DNA from: Mytilus californianus
Lineage: Eukaryota
NCBI RefSeq assembly: GCF_021869535.1
Contig: NW_026262690.1
Location: 64,232,001-64,296,000 of the forward strand
Direction of reading: 5' to 3'
Length of the DNA: 64,000 nucleotides
Part shown: positions 28,078 to 38,660 of the stretch, in pieces
Layout of the letters: each line of letters opens with the position of its first letter
How positions within the stretch are numbered: position 1 is the first letter of the stretch
Program-made: the position numbers and the translations under genes
The notes under the pieces: generated by a model
What the model was told of the DNA's origin: nothing
What the model saw: the letters and a program-made list of their open reading frames with translations, nothing else
The model's database searches: none

Positions 28078-28447
28078 CAACAAATATGTTGTGAAAAATG
28101 CTTAAAACTGATTGCCTTTTACAGAACATAAGTTGATCGCTCTGTTTCTTCTATTGTTTGACAAATATCTCCTGCAAAGTGGCAATTCTATTGTTTATAA
28201 ATTCGCATGTATGTAATCATAATAGCCCCATGGAGTTCTACCTATTTGACCATTTCACTGCTTGTGGTGTGTAAATTGATATTGTTTTATTTATTTCATT
28301 GTTAGTTTTGTACAGTTGATAATGTTGTTTACTTTTAGTATCATATACATAAAATGTAGACAATCTAAGTGCTAGTTCTATTATTTACAAACAAATAAAA
28401 GTTTTTTCTTTTTCAACTTATTACTAAATATTAATTATTTCTGTTTA
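28078..28447 (-). promoter_or_regulatory. Orphan inverted copy of the g5 promoter plus ~40 nt of 5' leader (TATA mutated to TGTAAAAG)
   Basis: Colinear with 37097-37460. Confidence 0.75.
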
Positions 28448-29330
28448 ATAGATATAAGAAGATGTGGTATGAGTGCCAATGAGACAACTCTCCATCATAA
28501 CCATGTTTATTGGAGATAGGTTGTATAATGTGTTAAATATAAGTTAACAGAATCAAATACACAATGTAAAGGCAGATCCAAGAGACGAGAAATAAATATC
28601 CTCATAAAGATATTCATAGTGAGTTCTCAAAATTTTACATTAGTTTTAACAATAATCAAAAGGAAATAATGAGAAATAAAAAAAAAGAAAATAGGAAATG
28701 AGCTATAAAAATCATATGTCTTTAGAAAAAACGTGGCTCTAAAAAGAAAAAAATATTGCAGTTCAGAAAGCACACGATAGGTGATTATAAGTCATAAATG
28801 CAGAAAATATTTGGGATCACGGCTACAAAAATTAGAATATATTTGTCGTCGACAATGATTTCTTTTTTAAAGTAGCAGCAACCCTCTATCACTGAAATCT
28901 TAAGCTTTTTTGGCAAGACACAAGCCCTTTAATTCTATTTTAACTAAAAAAAAACTTAAATTTTCCATGTAGGTACTGCCTATGTTACTACATAAAGATG
29001 GAAAGATAACTATGTGAAAACTATCTGCGTTTTATCGATAAGGTTGGTTTAATGTCCACATGAAAGTGAGGATATGTTGCCAACCTTCTTCATCAGTGGT
29101 ACTCTTAATTGTACGTTCAATTGGATATAGAGGAATTACAAGGATTAGGTTATTTTCTTTTCAGCTATATTGAAAATACCCTGTAAGGAGGAAGCCTCAA
29201 CAAAACGTCAAAGAAGTGAATGCATTTAATTCTTATAGGAATTTAGATTCCCGTTTAAAAAAAAGACAAATTGTATAACTTAAATAACTATACATACTGT
29301 CATTATTTGCTATGTTTCACAGCCATCATT

Positions 29331-29824
29331 TAGCATCACCACCGGATATAGGTACCCCCGAAGCAAAGAAACAATGATAGCAAAAAGTACCTATTCTAAT
29401 CCCCGTACAATAAACAACCATTCGCCGTACAATTTATCCGCTTTATTTACGAGAATTTTTCTGTGTAAACAATAGTTTATTTCGAAGTACAGTGTTGTTC
29501 AAGCTTAAATATGAAATACCTTGTTCTACGAAAACGTCAAATGAATAGTTGAAGGATGAATGTGTTTTTATCAAGTTTGAACTCGTCCCATGCTTCGTTG
29601 AAAAGGTACCCCTTATCAGATTCTGATGATTTGAAGAGAGAGAGAAAGCCAATTAAGGATCATACACAGCCCTAAATTGTAGCTACATTAGGAATCAGTA
29701 TCACAAAACTGTATTCGTCAGCAAAACGTAGAATATAATAAAAACAAGAAGAATTTGACCCTACCTGACTTCACATTTGTTTTTTTCATCGCTCCGGGGG
29801 TACCTATACCCGTTGGTGATGCTA
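29331..29824. mobile_element. 494-bp MITE with 34-bp TIRs, only in the g4 unit
   Basis: TAGCATCACCACCGGATATAGGTACCCCCGAAGC versus the reverse complement of the right end shows 3 mismatches in 34 nt. The outer TA may be the TSD. Confidence 0.8.
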
Positions 29825-32676
29825 CACTGTGTCAACTGACGAGGAACATGTTTGTCGGTTTTCCTTCTTAAAAATGAGTATAATGGTGAGATCTTTAAAT
29901 TTACCGATAATATACCTTTCCGTTTTGTGAAATTTATTACTGAGTCTGGATTCGCATGGCAGATTATTCCTCCATAGCAAGAGACCCTTACCATGTTAAC
30001 GCACCGGTCTCGTTTAAGTTTGTAATTCAATTGATACCTAAGGTGTGTTTTTTTTTATCTTGGTTTGAGTATTCAAAATAGATTTACGGGTTCTGAACAT
30101 CAATAAACTACTGATGCTACCTTTCCCTATAGCTTTAACTATGATCAAAACGCATAATATCTAGTAAGTTAGAAAAAAGAACCCGTATGACAAAGTGAGA
30201 AACATTTCGAAGGAAAAAAAATAACGGCCTGATGTTATGTTTTCGTATATTAAACTGTATGAAGTTCATTGATGGAAAGGGAGAATTAAGTATGGCAAAC
30301 CTCAATAAGACAGCAATCTAAGAAAGAAATTCAGTCAGAATAGACATTTAAAAGTAATCCCAAGGCCTTCGAAATGTCAAAGTCAGCACATTAAGCTCTT
30401 ACTTCTTAGCCTCTTTAACAGTTAATTTCCAGTAAATAAAATGTAACAACCCATAATCACGGGACAATAAACCAAAAGGAACAAAAAGAGCCCCAAAGAG
30501 TGTTCGATAGGCTAAAGAACTAGGTTAATGTAGCAAATATACTGTCATTTTTGCACAATGGACTTGACTTTAAGTCGTAGGAAAATTTAAATAGACATTC
30601 GTCATTGAATCAGCTAGGAGTTTCTCAAGGCTAATATTTATTAACTAGTACTACCAATTAAACAGTAAAACAACAAAAGTACCTGTTAATTATATTTATT
30701 TATGCATTTACTGTGAAAAAATATATTTGGTATCTAATTTCATTTACCAAATTTTGTTTAACACCTGATACTATTCTCCTTTGATAGAATTGATTGTTTT
30801 CTGAGGAATGATATATCACAGATGATGATATGAATTGATAAATTCTTCCTTTCTCTGATTATGAGTCATTTCCACTATTGATATTCCAAATCCTAATGTG
30901 TATAATCGACTATTTTGGCGTCACGGAAGAATATTTTTTACCCTTACCTGTTGTGTTTAGTCCATTATCATTTTTTGTAATGAAGTTCAGAAGAACCAAT
31001 TTTGCATAAATTTCAGTGTGTCAATGCAATTGCAAAAACACACATACATTGAATAAGGATATACATTATGACCCAAGTTCATTTTCCATTGAAATTCTAA
31101 CCAATGCAGCTTTAAAGGGTGACATAAATTTTCTGTTTTCATTAAATTGGCAATGATCGTTCCAATAAAGGCACACAATACACTTAGACCTATTTCTAGA
31201 GCCCATTAACGCCAACACTTCAGCATTAAATGTAAAATTGAAGCCACTGTAAATTCAAAAAGAATTATATTTTTTTTTAAATAGTTGAATGTTACTGCAA
31301 GCAAATGTACCACAAGACAATTTAGATAACAAATATGAGAAATTAACAATTATTTTTCATGCATTGGATACATTTACAAAATTGTCTAGAATATGCGAAT
31401 AAAGTCATAAAGTCATGTGGAAATCAATTGATAAAACCCAATTGAAGAAAAAAAATATGTGTACTGTATCACTTCTGCACTGTAAATTTCCTTATTTTAA
31501 TGTTAAGAATATTAACATTTTTCGTTAGTTTTATATCCAAATCATCGAGAATTAATTTGATGAAATCATATTTACATCTCCAAATTCATTGTAGCATTTT
31601 AATTACGCACACACAAGACTGTACAAAATACACTTGTTAATCCAAAAAATGACATACAATTTACTTCCAAACTGCTTTCTTAGAGAAACTGTTTTTTTGG
31701 AATAAAAAAGCAAAATGTTAAAGCTTTATATATAGACGAAATCAAGTTCCATTACATATAAATATCATAAAATGCCCCTAATCTTGACAATATTACCACC
31801 TGGACGCCTCATGTTACTCCTATTGTAATATCTCAGTAGGGAATATGTTTCTTTGTTCAAAATCAAAACAATCCATTTGATAGCTTTCTGTGTGCCTGAT
31901 ACAATCATATAAAACAAAGGGAAGTTTACAATGAATAGATACCCACTCGATGTTTGAAGTGCAAGCCAAAATATGTATTAACTACTAGTATAGTAAGAGA
32001 GTCATCATTTTCATATTAATAAATTGTTTAAAGAAAATCTTTCATCTGTTGCTTAGGCATTTGTGTCCAAACTTCGAATATATTATTTCTTCTTTCATGA
32101 CTATATTCTTGAGTCAAAGGCTTCTTGATAATCTTCCAATTCGTAACTATTCCAGATGGTAATAAAGAGACTTTGCCATACTCATTCACTGTAAAATCAT
32201 CTACTGTTTTTTTACTATTTTCAAATCGTGAATGAGCAATAGATTATAAGGAGAACGTTTAAGCATCTAATAAAAATGAAATATAAAAATATTGAATAAA
32301 ATTCTTAAAGTAATAAGTTTTTCCTGGTTTGCAAGGGTTTTCACCTTTGACAGCCTATTGTAATTTTTAATAAAAGCATGCGGTATGTGAAGACCCATCA
32401 TTTGATGTATAAAAAAAATCAACTACAAACTTTACATATGAGTTATAAGTCTGATATATTTTTCCAAACTTCAGGATTAAAGAGTATCTAGTTTTGTGTT
32501 GGTTATACACAATGTTTTATTGCATCTAGTTCACAAACTATCAAATATCAAAACAAAGAAAACTAAACAACATCATAATATTCAATAACATGAAGTTAAC
32601 AAAGAATTATTTCCTGTTAGCTAAAAATGCAAGAAAAAAATGCTAGAAATAAACAATAAAAAAGGTTCATATTTCG

Positions 32677-32830
32677 GCTACAAGCAGTGAGAGAGCTATC
32701 TAGGTTGAAACACTTGGGGGTATTTTTGATCACACAGGGTTGCCAATTATAAACAATGGAATCTTCACTTAGTAGGAGATCTTTATTAACAATGGATTTA
32801 TCCAAGCAATAGACTCGGGATCTATAAAAG
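32677..32830 (+). promoter_or_regulatory. g4 core promoter (TATAAAAG at 32823)
   Basis: Homologous to the g2 promoter, with the TATA box 89 nt before the ATG. Confidence 0.65.
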
Positions 32831-32911
32831 GGCTGAAGATTTTACATTTGGCATATCACTTTTCTACTTACTTCTAACAAACGAAAAGATTTTAAAAAGG
32901 AATTTGAAAAC

Positions 32912-33708
32912 ATGGTTTGCTACGAGAACACTGTTTCCTGTGCCGTTGTTGGTGATGGAATGGTTGGCAAGACTTGCCTTGCTAAAAGATTTGCTGGAGG
33001 CCAATTCTCAGACAAATATGTTGCTACAGTTGCAGAAACATCCACTGGATCTGTATCTGCGTACGGTGACAAATACAGCGTCAATATCTATGAGGTAAAT
33101 ATCTATCTTTTTAATAAAAAAAATGTATTTTTAATTCAGTAATTATGAATAGATGAAATGTGAAGTTTAAAACCAATTTTAAATTTTTCAACAACTAGAT
33201 ATCAAAAGTTAATTAATTAACTACTTATTGAATCATATTTTGAAAGACAAATATGAAACCAATGTTAGCTTTTTCCCGAATCTGAATATCCACATTATTA
33301 TGAAATTACTTATGATTATTCTCTTTATCTTTTCAGCTTGAAGATCAATCATCAAGATCAAAAACAATAACAGAATCTGACGTCATTGTTGTGTGCTACA
33401 GTGCAGTTGACAAAGAATCATTTGAAAACGTCAAATCTTTTTGGATTCCAATGGTCAGAAAACTCAATAAGAAGAAACCAATTGTTTTAGTTGCTACACA
33501 TAGTGACATGCGTGATGAAAATAATACCGACCATGTGTCAGACTCTGAAGGACAAAACTTCATGAAATCAATAAATGCTGACTATTACAACAAATGTTCT
33601 GCTGCTAAAAATGAGGGAGTAAAGAATGTCTTCGAAAGTGTCGTCTGCGCCGCTATTAGATATAGAAAAAAGAAAACCAATGTGCTTAAACGTGTTTTCG
33701 CACGATGA
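32912..33708 (+). CDS. g4: G3-less Rho-like GTPase paralogue (184 aa; exons 32912-33094, 33337-33708)
   Basis: Intact joined ORF with a 242-nt GT-AG intron. The exon junction reads VNIYE|LEDQSSR. Confidence 0.92.
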
Positions 33709-36341
33709 ACTTGAACTTATCTCTGCCCGGAGATAAACCTATATTTTACACATCTTGAACTGTGTTTAGAATAGCAAAATACTTGCTGTAAAAAGACATT
33801 GAGATAGAAGGAGTTGGAGATGGAATGTACCACTGGTGTACATTCCAAAGACGGATTGAAATACTGCTGTCGCATTACAGTGATTGAAACGGAGAATAAG
33901 TAGTTCCCGTGCTGTTCAAGGACACAAACTTAAAAAACAATATGAAATCAGTTATGATGATGAACTTTAGGAGAACATAACTAATTTAGTGAAAAGACAC
34001 AAGAATACTTGTATATTATTGTAAAAATAATAACAGATATTACTTTAATTCATGTTATAAAAAAAATAAATTATCTTACATAAAAAAATATTTGTTCTTT
34101 TAACTATGTACTTAATGAAGGAATGACATGTAAAAATTGATACAATTAGTAAACTTTTGATACAAATGGATGGAAAGTATACATTGTTAAACAAAATATA
34201 AATACTAGTGAGTAACACGTTTAAATCTAAAAGCAAATAAGAACACATCATGGGATACAACACATTGATAAAATAGAGACAACATCATGAATACTACTAC
34301 TTAGGGGAAAAAAAGATGAAAAGACAAATAAAACTCCACAAAAAAATTACAGCGTAAAATAAAGGTTGAGGAGATAAAGTGATCGTGTATTGTCCCAATG
34401 GTTAAGCAATTTCTAGTCATTATCTACTAGTTTTTATCATGTTCAAATTAGTTGTACAGCACACTTTCAACGCTAGTTTTTAAATCATACAATTTCATAC
34501 AATGTCAAATGTTCATGTATTAGGGATAAAAAAAGAGGAAAAAGATACGAAGCGGATATTCAAACCAATATTGTATAACAAAATACAACAATAGAAAACA
34601 AGATACAAAAAATATATTTCCTCAGATCAACGTAAAAAAAACAACATTGATTACAAGTATCACGTTAATAAAAATTATAAAGAGGCAACAACAAAGAGAG
34701 GCGAAAGATACAAAAAGGACATCCAAACTCACAATTCGAAAATAAAATGACAACGCCATGGCAAAAAAAGAAAAAAAAAACATGTCGTAAAATGTATCTT
34801 GTCTTATGGGGCTTGTATATCAGATTGATTAAAATAATATAGTATTTGAGGCATTTAGCAGTTTTCTATAAATAATACATATCACTTTGCAAAGATTACG
34901 TTGCTTTGTTATCGTGCGTTATAGAAGTGCACATAAACACTGAAGAACGGTAAAAATTTATACATGGACTTTTAAGAAAAATCTGGAGGAAACTCCTTCT
35001 TTCCATTTTCTGTTCAATATATAGAGAAATTGAACCAACAAATAACCACTGCGACAAGACGAGACAAGCATCTTACCTACACAAACACCTCTCGGTTGAT
35101 ATTTTTTGACAAAAGAACACACAACGTGATAATTTCAGCTTCCAAATTTCCAATTTTCTATTTCGGAGTGGTACTAGTACTTCATATTAAAGTTTGGTCG
35201 CTTCTAATGAGATTTTCACAACAAATATTTCATGATTTTTAATGAGCGCAATCACTGATATATGACTACACAAATGTAATATAAGATGAAAGTATACCCA
35301 TGTCATTAAGGAATCCTGGTACAGACAGATAAAAGACTGATACAAGTCGGATAAACATAAGTTGAGATCACCCCCTATTTTTTGGTTAGGGTTCGTGTTG
35401 GTTAATCTCTAGGTTTCTATGCAATGTTTTGTTGACTTGTCTTTCTGTCTTTTGTTCGTTTTTTGCCATGTTGTTGTAAGTTTCTCCTCTAATTATAAGT
35501 TTTGAATATCCCCTTCGTATCCTTTGACTCTTTTTTAATTCCTAATTCATGAACATTTGACATTGGTCTTGAAAAAAATTGTATAATTTTAAAACTTGCG
35601 TTGAAAGTGTGCTGTACAACTAATTGAACATTATAAAAACTAGGACATCATGACTACGAATTTGTTTTATATGGGACCACACACGATAACTATAACCTCC
35701 TCAACCTTTATTTAACGCTGTAATTTTTTTGTGGACTTTTGTTTGTCTTTTCATCTTTTTCCCCCTGAGTAGTAGTATTCATGATGTTGTCTCTATTTTA
35801 TCAATGTGTTGTATCTTAAGATGTGTTCTTATTTGCTTTTAGATTTAAACGTGTTACCCAATAGCATTTATATTTTGTTTAACAATGTATACTTTCCATC
35901 CATTTGGATAAAACATTTACTGATTGTAACAATTTTTACATGACATTCCTTCATTAAGTACAAAGTTAACAGAACAAATATTTTTTATGTAAGATAATTT
36001 TAAAGTAATTATTGTTATAATGTTTCCAATATCATACATGTATTGTTTGTGTCTTTTCACTAAATGAGTCCTTTTCTCTTTAAGTTCATCATCATAACTG
36101 ATTTCATATTGTTTTTCTAAGTTTGTGCTCTTGAACATCACGGGAACTGCTTATTCTCCGTTACAATCACTGTAATGTGACAGCAGTATTTCAATCCGTC
36201 TTTGGAATGTACACCAGTGGTACATTCCATCTCCAACTCCTCCTATCTCAATGTCTTTTTACAGCAAGTATTTTGCTATTCTAAACACAGTTCAAGATGT
36301 GTAAAATATAGGTTTATCTCAGGGCAGAGATAAGTTCAAGT

Positions 36342-37055
36342 TCATCGTGCGAAAACACGTTTAAGCACATTGGTTTTCTTCTTTCTATGTCTAATAGACG
36401 ACACTTTCGAAGACATTCTTTACTCCCTCATTTGTAGCAGCAGAACATTTGTTGTAATAGTCAGCATTTATTGATTTCATAAAGTTTTGTCCTTCAGAGT
36501 CTGATACATGGTCGGTATTATTTTCATCACGCATGTCACTATGGGTAGCGACTAAAACAATTGGTTTCTTCTTATTGAGTTTTCTGACCATTGGAATCCA
36601 AAAAGATTTGACGTTTTCAAATGATTCTTTGTCAACTGCACTGTAGCATACCACTATGACATCAGATTCTGTTATTGTTTTTGATCTTGCTGACTGATTT
36701 TCATGCTAAAAATATAAAGAAAACAATCATAAGTAAGTTGCTAATAATGTAGATATTAAGTTTCGTGAAAAAGCTAAGCTTGGTTTTAAATTTCTTATCT
36801 TTAATATTTCGATATATTTTTAACTTATCAATCACAAATATTATCTTTTTATATAAAAAGAAATATATTTACCTCATAGATATTGACGCTGTATTTGTCG
36901 CCGTAAGCAGACACAGATCCAGTGGACGTTTCTGCAACTGTAGCAACATATTTGTCTGAGAATTGGCTTCCAGCAAATCTTTTAGTAAGGCAGGTCTTTC
37001 CAACCATTCCATCACCAACAATGGCACAAGAAACAGTGTTCTGGTAGCAAACCAT
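36342..37055 (-). pseudogene. g5: inverted G3-less Rho-like paralogue with an 8-bp deletion giving a premature stop (165 aa product; exons 37055-36873, 36705-36391; ancestral stop at 36342-36344)
   Basis: Compared with g4 (GTCGTCTGCGCCGCTATTAGA), g5 reads GTCGTCTATTAGA: GCGCCGCT is lost between 36396/36395, giving TAG at 36391-36393 and removing the basic tail. Splice sites and promoter are intact, so a truncated expressed protein is not excluded. Confidence 0.75.
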
Positions 37056-37134
37056 TTTGAGATATACTAAGATTGGTCCTCGTCAGTGTTATAAATCAAC
37101 AAATGTGTTATGAAAAAAGCTTACAATCGCCTGC

Positions 37135-37290
37135 CTTTTATAGAACCCAAGTTGGTCGCTCCGTTTCCTCTATTGTTTGATAAGATATCTCCTGCAAAGT
37201 GACAATTCTATTGTTTTTAAATTCCCATAAATGTAATCACATTAGCCCCCTGGAGTTCTACCTATATGACTATTTCACTGCTTGTGGTGT
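37135..37290 (-). promoter_or_regulatory. g5 core promoter (TATAAAAG, minus strand, 37142-37135)
   Basis: The minus strand reads ACCACAAGCAG ... CTCCAGGGGG ... GCAGGAGAT ... AAACAATAG ... TATAAAAG, with the TATA box 87 nt before the ATG. Confidence 0.65.
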
Positions 37291-38344
37291 GTAAATTGAT
37301 ATTGTTTTATTTATTTCATTGTTTGATAGTTTAGTTTCTAATTCTGTTTACAATTACATACTTGAACTGTTGATAATATTAGTGCTAGTACAAGTATCAT
37401 TCACAAACATAAAAATTATATCTTTTGTAGTGATTGAACTTCTAAATACTAATAATTGTTGTTTTAAACATTCTTTCTTGTGATATTATTATGAAAGATA
37501 CGTTAATATACACAAATTCTTATCACTACAAAAACCTTGTGTATACTCAGGTACTCTACAACGGTAATCATATTCTGCTCAACTTACGGGACCAATGGTG
37601 TTGCTCATGATAAACGAATACCAGCTGATAAGTCACATTCTGTGATGTTCTAATAGCGAGAAGACATTTAGAATCATGGCTATGACAATAATAATCTCGT
37701 TTAAATAAATTATTAGCCTGTTATCATTGATGAGTTCAATGAAATCACTGGGTCAATGCCACTGCTTGGCGTGAAATATCAATGATACGGTCAATTTCAT
37801 TAAATGTTCTGCTCACTATTTTTTTTTAACGTGAAACACTTAGGATTTTCTACTCCAGTCATATGTCCGTATTTTTGGTTACATTTTCGTTATTTGGTTT
37901 TCTATGCCGTCAACATTCTTTTTGATAAGGCCTTCCAACTGATTTAATTCGAGCGCCACTCACGAGCCTTATGTAAACGAAACGCACGTCTGGCGTAACA
38001 AATTACAAGCATGGTATCCTTGAGGAGTTTTTTAGCAGCCTTCCTATATTTTAGATTCTTTTTACGTTAAAACTCAGACCCTTGTATATTGTATCAATTA
38101 AAGTTGTAGATACAAATTTCTTGTTTTACGAAAAATCTTTTAGAAGAACTATACTGATTTTAACCCCAAAAATTACCAAAGGAGATATCAACAAAAAACT
38201 AAACTTTTTGATCGCCATTTTATTAGTCGTATTCAGTTAATTGATATTTCAACAAAAATGAAATAAAAAGCAGATGTGGTATGAAAGCTAAGGAGACAAC
38301 TATTAACCAGAGACCAAATATATTAGATGTAAATCAATACGCAT

Positions 38345-38660
38345 CCGGTTTCACCCTTTTCCCCTTTTTCCCTAATGTGACCTACCGAATTAGACTTATC
38401 ACCGGGTTTGTACTAACATGAGCTACACGACGGGTATCACATGTGAAGCGGGACCTACTTACCCTTCCGGAGCACCTGATATCACCCCAAGTTTTTTGGG
38501 AGGTTCGTGTTGCTCAGTCTTTAGTTTTCTATGTTGTTTTTTGTGTACTGTTGTTTGTCTGTTGGTCTTTTTCTTTTTAAGCCATGGCGTTGTAAGTTTA
38601 TTTTCGACTTATGAGTTTGAATTTCCCTTTGGTATCTTTCGCCTAGCTTTTTCTCTTTCT
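38345..38660 (+). mobile_element. 3' non-coding segment of the same Penelope-like family as 13640-13963
   Basis: Shares ACACGACGGGT..CTTACCCTTCC..TTGCTCAG..AGCCATGGC..GACTTATGA..CCCTTTGGTATC with 13720-13960. Reverse-strand remnants occur near 27640, 34700 and 45170. Confidence 0.7.

Larger units (their letters stand above)
8790..34564 (+). repeat. Tandem segmental duplication of the Rho-like locus (junctions near 11390, 18490, 28080; about 6.3-6.5 kb per unit once insertions are subtracted)
   Basis: Colinear homology of flanks between units, for example 11735-13250 / 18830-20640 / 28500-30510 and 14050-16335 / 23840-26115 / 30600-32911. ATG spacings are 7310, 9780 and 6796 bp, and the differences are explained by TE insertions. 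Confidence 0.9.
32909..37058. repeat. Large inverted repeat: g4 arm (~32909-34564) versus g5 arm (~35501-37058), with a ~0.94-kb spacer
   Basis: Coding sequence, 3' UTR and 3' flank of g4 recur as the reverse complement around g5. Confidence 0.9.

Noticed and set aside
8790-34564. Tandem array as an assembly (haplotig) artefact
   Set aside because: There are four units with many substitutions, distinct indels and unit-specific TE insertions with visible empty sites, which is more than two haplotypes can explain.
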